Shown: positions 17,413 to 26,683, numbered from the stretch's first letter. The stretch: DNA of 35,538 nucleotides from Chloroflexota bacterium (GCA_030669775.1 DAOVCZ010000002.1:1-35538); one strand, 5' to 3'. Notes: a model not told the origin generated them from the letters alone. Numbers and translations: made by a program.

Positions 17413-19995
17413 CTAATTGCTGCTGGATTTATTAGACTTCGTTTTCTTTTTATCCTTCTTTGAAACAGGTTCCAATGCTGCGCTGATGACCTGACTAACA
17501 GTATCTACGAACACAAATTTCATCCCTTTACGTACTTCTTCCGGTAAGTCTTCCAAGTCAGCCTCGTTGCGTTTTGGGAGTATCACAGTTTTCAAATTGC
17601 TGCGATGCGCAGCCAGGACTTTTTCTTTAATTCCACCGACAGGTAAAACTTGCCCGCGTAAAGTGATCTCACCGGTCATCCCAACATCGGCGCGGACTGG
17701 TCGTCCTGAAATTAAGGAAACCAGAGCAGTCGCCATGGTCACTCCAGCCGAAGGCCCATCCTTGGGTTGAGCCCCGCTGGGAACATGAAGGTGGATATCG
17801 GTTTCATCGAAGAAAGTGGGTTTCAGGGAAAAATCCTCAGCTCTCGAGCGGACATAAGACAACGCAGCTCTTGCGGACTCCTGCATCACATCTCCCAAGG
17901 AGCCTGTCATCTGAAAACCTTTGCTGCCTGGCATTCCAGTTGCCTCAATGAATAGTACATCACCCCCTGTAGGAGTGTATGCTAAGCCTGTGGCAACACC
18001 AGGAATCGATGTGCGTTCAGCCACCTCTTCATTACCGAAGTACTGTGGCCTGCCCAAGAACTCGCGCACAAGTTCAGGATTGATCTTAATCTTCTTCTTT
18101 TTCCCTTCAACAATCCGCGTGACGACCTTGCGGTTGACCGCACCGATCTCACGTTCCAGGTTTCGCACCCCCGCTTCGCGCGTGTATGAGCGGATGATCG
18201 TTTGTAAGGCTGGCCGGGTAAAGGCAACTTCTTCGGGGCGCAACCCATTCTCGCGTAGCTGGCGCGGAATTAAATAATCCTTTGCGATCTCAATCTTCTC
18301 ACTCTCTATATACCCGGAAAGCATGATGATCTCCATCCGATCACGTAATGGAGCTGGGATTGGTTCCAGCAGGTTGGCGGTTGTGATGAACATAACCTGA
18401 GATAGATCGAAACCAACTTCCAGGTAGTGATCTCGGAATTCAACATTTTGCTCTGGGTCAAGCACTTCTAATAGAGCCGAAGCGGGGTCACCATGAAAAT
18501 CATAGGTCAACTTATCCACTTCGTCGAGCATGAAGACTGGGTTTCTGGTTTCTATCCTGCGAATCGCCTGCAGTATTCGCCCCGGCATGGCTCCGATGTA
18601 TGTGCGGCGGTGCCCGCGAATCTCTGCTTCGTCACGCACACCACCTAATGAGATGCGAATGAATTTTCTTCCCATCGCTCGAGCGATCGACTGTCCCAGA
18701 GAGGTCTTTCCAACCCCAGGAGGGCCAACAAAGCAGAGGATTACACCCTCTCGAATCCGTCGAATTTCATCAACTTTTTCGTCTGCTTCGAATTCCTCTT
18801 GGCGCTCAAGTTTCAATTTTCGCACTGCCAGGTATTCGAGAATTCGTTCTTTGACATCCTCCAACCCAAAATGGTCCTGGTCAAGTACCTTTCGAGCCCG
18901 TGAGATATCCAAATCATCTTTCGTCGCAATCGACCAGGGGAGTGAGACTAACCAATCCAGATAAGTTCGGATTACTCCATATTCCGCAGCGGCTGTGGGA
19001 AGGCGGGAAAGACGATCAAGCTCCCGGCGGGCCATCTTCTCGGCTTCCTCAGGCATTTCTGCTTTTTCAATCTTTTGCCGGAACTCTTCTGCTTCTACGG
19101 TTTGTTCGTCTGCTTCACCCAATTCACGTTGAATGGCTTTCAACTGTTCGCGCAGGAAGTACTCCCGCTGGACTTTATCAATTTCAGAACGCGCCTCATC
19201 TTGTATTTTCTGACCGATCTCCAGCATCTCAACCTCACGGGTGAGAATGGTGACCAGTTTCTTTAACTTCTCCAAGACTGGATCAAGCTCAAGAAGCTCC
19301 TGGGCATCATTCAAATCCATACGCTGGAAATTGGAAATTGTGTAAATCGTTTGTAAGGGGTCTTCCAATCCAACAACTGAGGCTACTAGTTCGCGTGGTA
19401 TGGAAGGGATCATCTCGGCGATATGCTCAAACTGATCACGCGCATTTCTCGCCAATGCTTCCACTTCAAGATCATCCTCCATAACTTCTGGAAATAGTTT
19501 GATGTTTGCCTTGAGATATGGATCTAGATGGACGAATTCCCCGAGATGGAAACGGGCTAACCCCTGTACCAGCAGTCGAATTGTGCCATCCGGAGCCCGA
19601 AATAGGCGGTGCACTATAGCCACAGTGCCAACGGAATACAGATCATCCGGTCCAGGTGCATCCAGCTCCGGATCCTTCGATGCCACCAGACCGATCAACC
19701 GATCTTCTCCAGCCATCACATCATCTACCAACCTGATAGACCGCGGTTGACCGATGGTCAATGGTACTGCAGTCTGGGGGTATACTACGACACCCCGTAA
19801 TGGCAGAATGGGTAGTTCAGGAGGGATTTGCTCGTACAGATCAGCCTCGTCGGCGAACTCTCCTTGCTCCGGGTCATCTTTGTCAAGGACGCGAGGAGTG
19901 ATTGGTCTGAAGAGAAACTCTTCTTGGAGTTCTTCCAAATCATCAAACCAACTCAACAGGTCCATAATACTTTGATTCCAACGTGATGCAGGCAT
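17413..19995 (-). CDS. lon: ATP-dependent Lon protease
   Basis: 860 aa. LON N-domain [14 protein letters not shown], Walker [10 protein letters not shown], protease Ser in [15 protein letters not shown], Lys in [12 protein letters not shown]. Confidence 0.95.
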   Translation of the reverse strand: MPASRWNQSIMDLLSWFDDLEELQEEFLFRPITPRVLDKDDPEQGEFADEADLYEQIPPELPILPLRGVVVYPQTAVPLTIGQPRSIRLVDDVMAGEDRLIGLVASKDPELDAPGPDDLYSVGTVAIVHRLFRAPDGTIRLLVQGLARFHLGEFVHLDPYLKANIKLFPEVMEDDLEVEALARNARDQFEHIAEMIPSIPRELVASVVGLEDPLQTIYTISNFQRMDLNDAQELLELDPVLEKLKKLVTILTREVEMLEIGQKIQDEARSEIDKVQREYFLREQLKAIQRELGEADEQTVEAEEFRQKIEKAEMPEEAEKMARRELDRLSRLPTAAAEYGVIRTYLDWLVSLPWSIATKDDLDISRARKVLDQDHFGLEDVKERILEYLAVRKLKLERQEEFEADEKVDEIRRIREGVILCFVGPPGVGKTSLGQSIARAMGRKFIRISLGGVRDEAEIRGHRRTYIGAMPGRILQAIRRIETRNPVFMLDEVDKLTYDFHGDPASALLEVLDPEQNVEFRDHYLEVGFDLSQVMFITTANLLEPIPAPLRDRMEIIMLSGYIESEKIEIAKDYLIPRQLRENGLRPEEVAFTRPALQTIIRSYTREAGVRNLEREIGAVNRKVVTRIVEGKKKKIKINPELVREFLGRPQYFGNEEVAERTSIPGVATGLAYTPTGGDVLFIEATGMPGSKGFQMTGSLGDVMQESARAALSYVRSRAEDFSLKPTFFDETDIHLHVPSGAQPKDGPSAGVTMATALVSLISGRPVRADVGMTGEITLRGQVLPVGGIKEKVLAAHRSNLKTVILPKRNEADLEDLPEEVRKGMKFVFVDTVSQVISAALEPVSKKDKKKTKSNKSSSN

Positions 19996-20007
19996 TATTT
20001 TTTCCGT

Positions 20008-20442
20008 TTACTCGGTTACATGGATCTTATTGGGTTGATCTTTCAGGAATACTAAACGCAGAAATCCGGCGATATACTCCGCGGTAACCTGGTCGGAGTC
20101 CACGGGTCCTGGCAGCTCCACTTCAGTTGTAAATTCTCCAAAGAAGATCTCCATCTGGTAGTAAGCACGGCGTTCTTGAATGTCAGGACGGTTGCCCCGC
20201 ACAGTCAATTGACTGCCAGTTAACGAGATTGAGAAATCCTCTTCCCGCATACCTGCAATCTCAACCCTGACAACAATCGTGTCGCCAGTCTCATAGACGT
20301 CCGTTGCCGGTCGCCAGATATGCGACCGAACCCCATTTCTCCACCGGTTAGCTCCCTGTCTTAACGATTCGGACTCATCTGTGCTGTACCAGCGGGGTTG
20401 TAATGGCTCTGATTTTAATTCCAGCTCTTCCATCGTCCTCAC
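20008..20442 (-). CDS. Hsp20/alpha-crystallin family small heat-shock protein
   Basis: 144 aa. Alpha-crystallin core WRPATDVYETGDTIVVRVEIAGM...FGEFTTEVELPGPV. Its start overlaps the tpx stop by 4 nt. Confidence 0.85.
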   Translation of the reverse strand: MRTMEELELKSEPLQPRWYSTDESESLRQGANRWRNGVRSHIWRPATDVYETGDTIVVRVEIAGMREEDFSISLTGSQLTVRGNRPDIQERRAYYQMEIFFGEFTTEVELPGPVDSDQVTAEYIAGFLRLVFLKDQPNKIHVTE

Positions 20443-20960
20443 TCCATGTTTCTAGTCAATACCAATGCTTTCCTGGCCGCTTCGAGAACAATCTCGTAGT
20501 CAAGCTCATCCCCTAAAGTTGGCAGGTATTCGACATAATCGATCTTCCCATTCGGGTCGACCACAAATACTACTCTTCGGAATATACCCTGCTCTTTCAA
20601 TAATACCCCGTACTTCTCCCCAAATTCCGCATCCCTCTGGTCGGAGAGGGTGATCACCCGGTCAACACCAGCTGCCGTACACCACTGACTGAGAGTAAAT
20701 GGTAAATCCATGTTAACCATCAGGATCGCGATATCGTTACTCAAGGAAGAATCTTCGATGTTAAACTTTCTCGTCTCGCGATCGCAAACTGCGGTACTCA
20801 AGGATGGCAGAGAGCCAATTAGCCTCACTTTCCCTTGCGTGCTTTCTAGGGTATTCATCGGCGACCAATCCATAGTGAGAGCACTGAATTACGGCGCTTG
20901 CTCACCAACTTTGATATCTTCACCGATAATAGTCACTTCCTGGCCTCGAAATTCCATCAT
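20439..20960 (-). pseudogene. tpx: thiol peroxidase (Tpx) interrupted by one in-frame TAA
   Basis: The minus-strand reading from ATG 20960/20957 gives MMEFRGQEVTIIGEDIKVGEQAP, then TAA (20889-20891), then FSALTMDWSP...GKVRLIGSLPSLSTAVCD...QWCTAAG. This is colinear with full-length Tpx. The ORF track shows only the part downstream of Met 20873. Confidence 0.75.
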
Positions 20961-21004
20961 CCTTTTCTTTCAACACTCACTCAACACCTCCAAGCAAAAA
21001 CATT

Positions 21005-21019
21005 ATCCTCGTCGAGGAT
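21005..21019. promoter_or_regulatory. perfect 7-1-7 palindrome ATCCTCG-t-CGAGGAT upstream of tpx (candidate operator)
   Basis: Read directly from the sequence. It lies 45 nt upstream of the tpx start and overlaps a weak minus-strand -10-like GATAAT. The 1-nt centre argues for a protein-binding site rather than an RNA hairpin. Confidence 0.3.
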
Positions 21020-21126
21020 CAACAATAAGTCAGCACAGGATTTCCTCCATTCTTCAAGGAGAGGAAACTCCACTTTGATCGCCTTGTTTAAGAGAAAGAA
21101 ATTCATTCTCTTTACCCCCACCCAGG

Positions 21127-21199
21127 CGCCCCCGGCGGGATTCGAACCCACAACCTTAGGTTTAGAAGACCTCTGCTCTGTCCTTTGAGCTACGGGGGC
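21127..21199 (-). tRNA. tRNA-Arg (anticodon UCU)
   Basis: Minus strand: GCCCCCG TA GCTC AAAGGACA GAGC A GAGGT CTTCTAA ACCTA AGGTT GTGGG TTCGAAT CCCGC CGGGGGC G. The cloverleaf folds by hand at 73 nt with T-loop TTCGAAT. CCA is not encoded. Confidence 0.9.
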
Positions 21200-21213
21200 A
21201 TTTCTATATTCTA

Positions 21214-21651
21214 TCAACACTCCGGGCATGGACGCAGCCCTTTATAAACCCGCGGACCAGAAAGTGTCTGGAGTATCACGGATGGAGAGCGTCCCAGCTG
21301 GTCTGCAAGTTCCACGGGTGTCAAAGGTGTATTGCCGTTAGATAGAAACAGTCGGAATGCGGACTCAACCAATGAGGTCCTCTCTTCGATAAATCTTGGC
21401 TGTTTTGAACAATGAGTTATCAAAATGTGCTGTAGACCATCCACCTGTTGAACTTCTGCTGTTTCAGGGTCTACCCAATCGATCACATTATCATCACGAA
21501 TGCCTGCAAATGCTTCCTGATGCTCAGGACAAAGAAAGCTAAACAGGTCAACTCGCCAATTCCGATCATTTTGACCCCACCAATCAAAATCGATGTGAAA
21601 ACGCGTCTGCAAACTGGGCTTAACCAGGCTAAAACGCTTTAGTTCCGTCAC
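21214..21651 (-). CDS. hypothetical protein (145 aa)
   Basis: GTG start with AGGAGG about 6 nt upstream. Sequence MTELKRFSLVKPSLQTRFHIDFDWWGQNDRNW...RPCPEC. No family recognised. The stop lies 14 nt before the tRNA. Confidence 0.6.
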   Translation of the reverse strand: MTELKRFSLVKPSLQTRFHIDFDWWGQNDRNWRVDLFSFLCPEHQEAFAGIRDDNVIDWVDPETAEVQQVDGLQHILITHCSKQPRFIEERTSLVESAFRLFLSNGNTPLTPVELADQLGRSPSVILQTLSGPRVYKGLRPCPEC

Positions 21652-21661
21652 TTCACTCCTC

Positions 21662-21691
21662 CTGTTCGACTTAACCAGTTAAGACGAACAG
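21662..21691 (-). repeat. 30-nt near-perfect palindrome / intercistronic stem-loop
   Basis: CTGTTCGACTTAAC-CA-GTTAAGACGAACAG pairs at 13 of 14 positions. It sits between the 527-aa and 145-aa ORFs and abuts the SD of the downstream ORF. Confidence 0.55.
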
Positions 21692-21711
21692 CTTATTCAA
21701 GATCTTTTCGA

Positions 21712-23295
21712 TCACGCTTGTTCCGAATCATCGAAACGAAAATGCAAGTCACCGACATGAACAAACCATGGGCGTGAGGCTAATAAAGCCAGAATCGGAC
21801 CAGGCGGACATCGTCGAACCACATTAACCGCCGAGTATAACTCACTCGCATGTACGTGACCCTGTGGATTCAACTTGGTTAACTCTCTTACGATATCCAC
21901 AACAACCCGCTCAAATGGCGGTCTTTCTTTTTGCATCCGCTCCCAAACTGTGTCTAAGGCATCAACATCAGGGACTGCAATCGCCATCCGTTCATCAAAC
22001 GCGGCCGTGACAATTTGCTTGAGCATGGCGAAAACTGTGCCGCCGTCCGACCCAACCAAAACAGTTCGGATCCATTCCCGGCTCGAACGTCGCGAGTCTG
22101 CGGATATTACCACTTTCCCCGGTTCTTTTCCACGTTGGACTCTGACCAAACTTCCGGGCATTAATCCCTGGCTTTCATACCATTCTTGCAAACCAATTAC
22201 ATAACGTTTTTCATGTACCACCCAACCAGGAAAACTCTCTCCGCTCTTTCGATCCTCCAAAATGAAACGAATGCGTGGGGCTTCATACGCGGTGGGAAAG
22301 AGGTGTTCAATTCTTGAAGACAGCGGCAATGAGCCGACTCGCCAATGTGGGAAGTTTATGCTGACTACCACATCATCACTTCGAGCGCTTTCCAGCGTTA
22401 TTGGAGAAAGCTCATCATCAATGTCACGCTCTAACGCGAGCATCTCCCCGCTGAGCAAGTCTCGGTCATGTTCAATCTCGTGATATCGTAGATAGACAGG
22501 TGTCTCGCGAACTTCTTGTGGTTCCAAGCGCTGCAGATACCACAAAACCTCACCAGCGGGTCCAACTTCATCGAAGCGAGCATCCTCTTCCAACCGCAGA
22601 TCGAGCGAGAATTCCACTAATTTTGGGTTCTCAGAGGAGGGCAGCTCAACCTGTTCAAGTAAGGCATTGGTGGGTAATGGACCACCCCCAACCATATCGA
22701 GCACAGCTTCAGCCAAGTTTAGATGACCCTGGTTCACATCCACCAAGAGAGCTCTCGGAAACCATCGACCAGCAATGCGCACAAAATCTTCATTGGCCCC
22801 CAATCCAGTTTCGAGGCTTTCAACCAGCTGCTCACTGTAACCCTCGATCACAAATTGCGAGTTGAGCAGCTCGCTCTCCTGGCCGATCTTAGGTGGATCG
22901 TTTAGCAGGTGATCCGCGACCTCACTTGCGAACTCGCGTTCTTCTCCGTTCTCGAACTTCACCTTGATCACATTGAATTCAGTAATATCAGGATTTACAC
23001 CAGGTCGTAAACCAATCACCTCCCCCTGTCGCCAACCCAGTGCTGGAAATATCAATTTCTGATTTTCTATGAAGCTGTCTTTGGGAAAATAGATATCACC
23101 AGCAGATGTACGCTGCTTTTCAAATTCTTCGATCTCTCGGCGAATCCGTTCCTCAACTAGCGCTGCAACTAGCTCATTCGGTGTAAGGGGTGTTTCTATT
23201 TCTAATAGATAATTGTAAATAAATTCTATGTCCTCTTCCTGGAGATCAAAGGTTTCCCAATAATCCTCCCGAAGTGACAAGGATGCCATTACCAT
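21712..23295 (-). CDS. hypothetical protein (527 aa)
   Basis: Long ORF with protein-like composition and no convincing overlapping alternatives. The N-terminus DIEFIYNYLLEIETPLTPNELVAALVEE might be a winged-helix/HARE-HTH-like module (weak). No catalytic motif recognised. Confidence 0.7.
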   Translation of the reverse strand: MVMASLSLREDYWETFDLQEEDIEFIYNYLLEIETPLTPNELVAALVEERIRREIEEFEKQRTSAGDIYFPKDSFIENQKLIFPALGWRQGEVIGLRPGVNPDITEFNVIKVKFENGEEREFASEVADHLLNDPPKIGQESELLNSQFVIEGYSEQLVESLETGLGANEDFVRIAGRWFPRALLVDVNQGHLNLAEAVLDMVGGGPLPTNALLEQVELPSSENPKLVEFSLDLRLEEDARFDEVGPAGEVLWYLQRLEPQEVRETPVYLRYHEIEHDRDLLSGEMLALERDIDDELSPITLESARSDDVVVSINFPHWRVGSLPLSSRIEHLFPTAYEAPRIRFILEDRKSGESFPGWVVHEKRYVIGLQEWYESQGLMPGSLVRVQRGKEPGKVVISADSRRSSREWIRTVLVGSDGGTVFAMLKQIVTAAFDERMAIAVPDVDALDTVWERMQKERPPFERVVVDIVRELTKLNPQGHVHASELYSAVNVVRRCPPGPILALLASRPWFVHVGDLHFRFDDSEQA

Positions 23296-23446
23296 AAAAT
23301 CCTCGGAAAAATATCCAGCGAAAATTCGTCTTCCTGGTTGAATGTTATTACTGAATTGCTAGCTTATAATTATACTCTATGAACAAAAATGTCGCAGCGC
23401 CTCCAGAATTTATCGCTGCCCAAGATTAGGAGCAGGAGTTTTTATT

Positions 23447-23722
23447 ATGTCAGAAGAAAAATGGGAATTAGTTATTGAAGTATCCGGTGAGCTCCAAGCC
23501 AATTTGTTGCGTAATCTGCTTGAGGCTCAAGGTATTCAAGTATTCCTCAACCAGGAAGGTGCTGGTAAAGCTTACGGTTTGACAGTTGGGCCATTAGGCC
23601 AGGTTCAAGTATTGGTTCCAGAACACCAAAGCCAAGAAGCACGCCAGATTGTAGATGACTATTATGCTGGTAAATTCGAAACGAGCGAGGAATTGGATTC
23701 AGAAGAGGGTGAAGACAATTAA
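23447..23722 (+). CDS. DUF2007-like small protein (putative signal-transducing, PII-like fold)
   Basis: 91 aa. WELVIEVSGELQANLLRNLLEAQGIQVFL...VQVLVPEHQSQEARQIV fits the DUF2007 pattern. Acidic tail. GGAGCAGGAG upstream. Confidence 0.55.
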   Translation: MSEEKWELVIEVSGELQANLLRNLLEAQGIQVFLNQEGAGKAYGLTVGPLGQVQVLVPEHQSQEARQIVDDYYAGKFETSEELDSEEGEDN

Positions 23723-25149
23723 GGAAAAGATCTCTCCAGCCAATCCATCGGGTCGACTTGCACTCCACCTGCCCATATTTCAAGGTGCAAGTGGGGACCG
23801 TTAACCCGTCCAGTCGACCCGACAACACCAATTACCTGACCGGCTTCTACCTGATCTCCCACCTCAACCAGGATCTCAGCCTGGTGCAGATACCCGCTGA
23901 ATATCCCCAAACCATGATCGATCATGACCGCGTTCCCTCTGACGATCAGCGGTCCTGCAAAAACAACAACTCCATCCGCAGGGGCATATATCTCATTAAC
24001 TTCATTATTATAGTTATAGCAAAAATCTATGCCAGTATGGAAGAAATTATACGGACTGCCGTTATAAGACCGGCGGTTGCCGAAAATATCGGTAAAACCG
24101 CAGGGAGATGGTGCCACCGGGCTTTGAAAAACACCTGTCCAAAGCCGGTTGGGGGTTACTGGCTCAGCTAATGCATTCCAGATTTCATCCTCAGGTTCGG
24201 TCACTTCAGGATCAATGGTTTCTTCCGGAACCTGCAAAGATATGTAGGTAAATTCTCTAGGTTCCACGTAGATTTTTTGTGAAAAACCGAAGGGGACACC
24301 ATTCGCCAACTCGCCCTCTACTATGAGGGGATAAAGTCCAGTCCTAGTTAATGCGTGTACTCCTTGCAAGGCAACATATTCTCCCTCTCCATATTGGAAG
24401 AAGTTTAATTCATTACCGATCAACGAACCCTCGACGGTCATCTCCTCATTGGTATTTAACCTCACCACGGTTGTTTCACCCTGCATCAGGGGTTCAGGAG
24501 TAATGTCCAGTGCGGATATCTCCCCGGGTAAACTTCCTGGTCCATTTACTGAAGTCTTGTCAGGCACTAGCAGGACATCGCCTGGCACGACTCCCCAAGT
24601 CCCCTCCAATCCATTATTCGCCACGAATGCCCATGGGTTGACTCCCTTACCAATTGCCAGCTCAATCAGTGATTGTCCTTCAGCTAAAGCCAAGCGGTCG
24701 ACAAGCATCTCCTCCTGGCTCTTCTCTGGTATCACCAGGTTATATCCGCTATACAATTCTGCTGGACTCGTGAGATGGTTCAAGAGGACGATCGTCTCCT
24801 GCGAAAGGTGGTAGCGTCGACTTAAACTGCGTATACTCTCTCCCAGGGGAACTTGTGTTGTGACCAAGACTCCCCCAACATTATCTATCCCTGGAATTAC
24901 GAGCTCATCTCCCGCGGAAAGCTGGCCTGGATCGCTAATTTCATTCACCCGGGCTAAATCTTCCCAGGGAACACCAAATCGTTGCGCAATATCCCAGAGG
25001 GTATCCCCTTCCTGGACGATATAAACGGAACTGCTTGGTTGTTCCTCCTGTGCACGGGTTGCCTCTCCCAAAGGCAACATAACGAAAATAAAGGCCAAGA
25101 TTAACAACCACCTTTTTGTCCTGAACAATTTCATACGCTGTCTCGACAA
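23719..25149 (-). CDS. LysM-repeat M23 family metallopeptidase
   Basis: Signal peptide, then LysM (YIVQEGDTLWDIAQRFGVPWEDLARVNEI) plus two degenerate LysM-like repeats. M23 motifs HTGIDF and GSTGRVNGPHLHLEIW. Confidence 0.85.
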   Translation of the reverse strand: MSRQRMKLFRTKRWLLILAFIFVMLPLGEATRAQEEQPSSSVYIVQEGDTLWDIAQRFGVPWEDLARVNEISDPGQLSAGDELVIPGIDNVGGVLVTTQVPLGESIRSLSRRYHLSQETIVLLNHLTSPAELYSGYNLVIPEKSQEEMLVDRLALAEGQSLIELAIGKGVNPWAFVANNGLEGTWGVVPGDVLLVPDKTSVNGPGSLPGEISALDITPEPLMQGETTVVRLNTNEEMTVEGSLIGNELNFFQYGEGEYVALQGVHALTRTGLYPLIVEGELANGVPFGFSQKIYVEPREFTYISLQVPEETIDPEVTEPEDEIWNALAEPVTPNRLWTGVFQSPVAPSPCGFTDIFGNRRSYNGSPYNFFHTGIDFCYNYNNEVNEIYAPADGVVVFAGPLIVRGNAVMIDHGLGIFSGYLHQAEILVEVGDQVEAGQVIGVVGSTGRVNGPHLHLEIWAGGVQVDPMDWLERSFP

Positions 25150-25169
25150 TTTTTCTTCATATCTATTAA

Positions 25170-25202
25170 TTAAAACACAAATCCCTCAAGGTTTCGAGGG
25201 AT
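25170..25202 (-). terminator. possible intrinsic terminator/attenuator downstream of the receiver gene
   Basis: Minus strand: ATCCCTC-gaaacctt-GAGGGAT followed by TTGTGTTTTAA. Only about 30 nt from the next start codon, so it may be partial. Confidence 0.35.
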
Positions 25203-25227
25203 ACTCACCTTTTTATCATTTACCCTC

Positions 25228-25623
25228 TTAATTATTTCTTCCCGCCAAGACTTCTTCAATTCTGTCAACGAGCTCGTTTGGTCTGAATGGTTTGGATATA
25301 TAATCATCAACTTTAGCAATCTCCAATCCAAGTACCTTATCAATGTTCTGAGCTTTGGCTGTGATAACGATCACCGGTATATCTGCTGTTGATTTATCAT
25401 GCTTAAGTTGCCTGTATATCTCCCATCCATCCATGTCCGGTAGCATGAGATCCAACAATACAACATCTGGTGAGTTCTGCTGTACTGCCTTGATCCCTAC
25501 CTGTCCTTCGGCAATACCCTCGACCTGATAACCCTCTCGACCGAGAATTATCCGTACTAGCTCTACCATATCCTTGTCGTCTTCGAAGTATATGACTCTT
25601 TTACTTGTCTGTTTCATTTCCAC
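25228..25623 (-). CDS. single-domain response regulator (CheY-like receiver)
   Basis: 131 aa. Contains FEDD, LLDLMLPDMDG, VITAK and SKPF. Confidence 0.85.
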   Translation of the reverse strand: MEMKQTSKRVIYFEDDKDMVELVRIILGREGYQVEGIAEGQVGIKAVQQNSPDVVLLDLMLPDMDGWEIYRQLKHDKSTADIPVIVITAKAQNIDKVLGLEIAKVDDYISKPFRPNELVDRIEEVLAGRNN

Positions 25624-25714
25624 CTATGATTTATTAAGCCATGAAATTCGGGCACCAAATAGTGTACCATAAGTGATTGGGAAGGATGAATTCAACTTGC
25701 GGACGTTCTCGCCC

Positions 25715-25743
25715 TTGCCATGCCTTCCACGCTGGGCTATAAT
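25715..25743 (+). promoter_or_regulatory. sigma70-type promoter for efp
   Basis: TTGCCA (25715-25720), 17-nt spacer, TATAAT (25738-25743), 42 nt upstream of the efp ATG. Confidence 0.45.
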
Positions 25744-25784
25744 CCTGCCGCGATCCTTCTGTGTTATTCAATGAGGAATGAATT

Positions 25785-26342
25785 ATGATTGATGTAAATG
25801 AGCTTCGAAAAGGTGTTACTTTTGAATTGGATAATGAGCTGTTCAAAGTTTTAGAATATGAACACCATAAACCAGGACGTGGCAAGGCCACCATCCGTAT
25901 CAAGGCTAGAAATCTGCGTACTGGAACGATCCTTGATAAGTCGTTTATTTCCAGTTATCGCGTTCAGGAAGCGGATTTAGAATACCACAACGTGCAATAT
26001 CTCTATACCGATGGATCTCTTTATCACTTTATGGACCAGGATACATACGAGCAACCGGCCATCCCCGCGGAAGTTATAGGAGAGGCAGCTAATTATCTTA
26101 AAGAAAACTTGAACATCAAGCTCACTTTTTACCAGAATAAACCACTCGATATCGAATTACCGATCACGGTTGATTTAAATGTGGTTGAAGCAGAAGTAGC
26201 TGTTCGTGGCGATACGGCCACCGGTGTGAATAAGAAAGTCACCACTGAAACCGGGCTAAAAGTGCAGGTACCCAATTTCATCGAAGCAGGGGATGTGATC
26301 CGTGTCGATACTCGTACCGGCACCTATATCACGCGGGTCTGA
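25785..26342 (+). CDS. efp: translation elongation factor P
   Basis: 185 aa. Begins MIDVNELRKGVTFELDNELFKVLEYEHHKPGRGKATIRIKARNLRTG, with the full three-domain EF-P pattern. Confidence 0.95.
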   Translation: MIDVNELRKGVTFELDNELFKVLEYEHHKPGRGKATIRIKARNLRTGTILDKSFISSYRVQEADLEYHNVQYLYTDGSLYHFMDQDTYEQPAIPAEVIGEAANYLKENLNIKLTFYQNKPLDIELPITVDLNVVEAEVAVRGDTATGVNKKVTTETGLKVQVPNFIEAGDVIRVDTRTGTYITRV

Positions 26343-26353
26343 CGGAATTACCC

Positions 26354-26680
26354 ATGGAAACACCTGCCGGTAAAGAGTGCCGATATTTTTTTGGTGATTA
26401 TTACCGCGGCCGAAATCATGAGGAATGCCGTCTGTTATTAGCTGCTTCTCCACCCCAGAATTGGACTCCGGATCTATGTTTTTCCTGTCCGGTTCCAGAG
26501 ATCCAGCTTGCTAACGCTTGTCCAAATATGATTCTCGAAGGTCGCGTGGATCGTCCCTTCCCCTATATTAATAAGAAAGTAAGCGTCTCAGCCTACTGTA
26601 GTAAAACTCTTAGGGATGTGGCTGAACCAAAGATCGGTTGCGGTGAATGCCACCCTTTGCCACCAATTTTCTCGGAGTGA
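26354..26680 (+). CDS. hypothetical Cys-rich protein (108 aa)
   Basis: Eight Cys including CFSC and CGEC pairs. 11 nt after the efp stop and 3 nt before the next gene. No family recognised. Confidence 0.55.
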   Translation: METPAGKECRYFFGDYYRGRNHEECRLLLAASPPQNWTPDLCFSCPVPEIQLANACPNMILEGRVDRPFPYINKKVSVSAYCSKTLRDVAEPKIGCGECHPLPPIFSE

Positions 26681-26683
26681 TTG

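Noticed and set aside
21127-21199. tRNA as a possible suppressor explaining the in-frame TAA/TGA codons
   Set aside because: The anticodon loop reads CU-UCU-AA, so the anticodon is UCU (Arg, AGA), not UUA or UCA.
20898-21229. ORFs 20898-21188 (+) and 20981-21229 (-)
   Set aside because: They run across the tRNA-Arg gene and the structured spacer. No coding signal.
20961-23446. Genomic island integrated at tRNA-Arg
   Set aside because: No integrase, no direct repeat of the tRNA 3' end and no compositional break were seen. The flanking genes are housekeeping.
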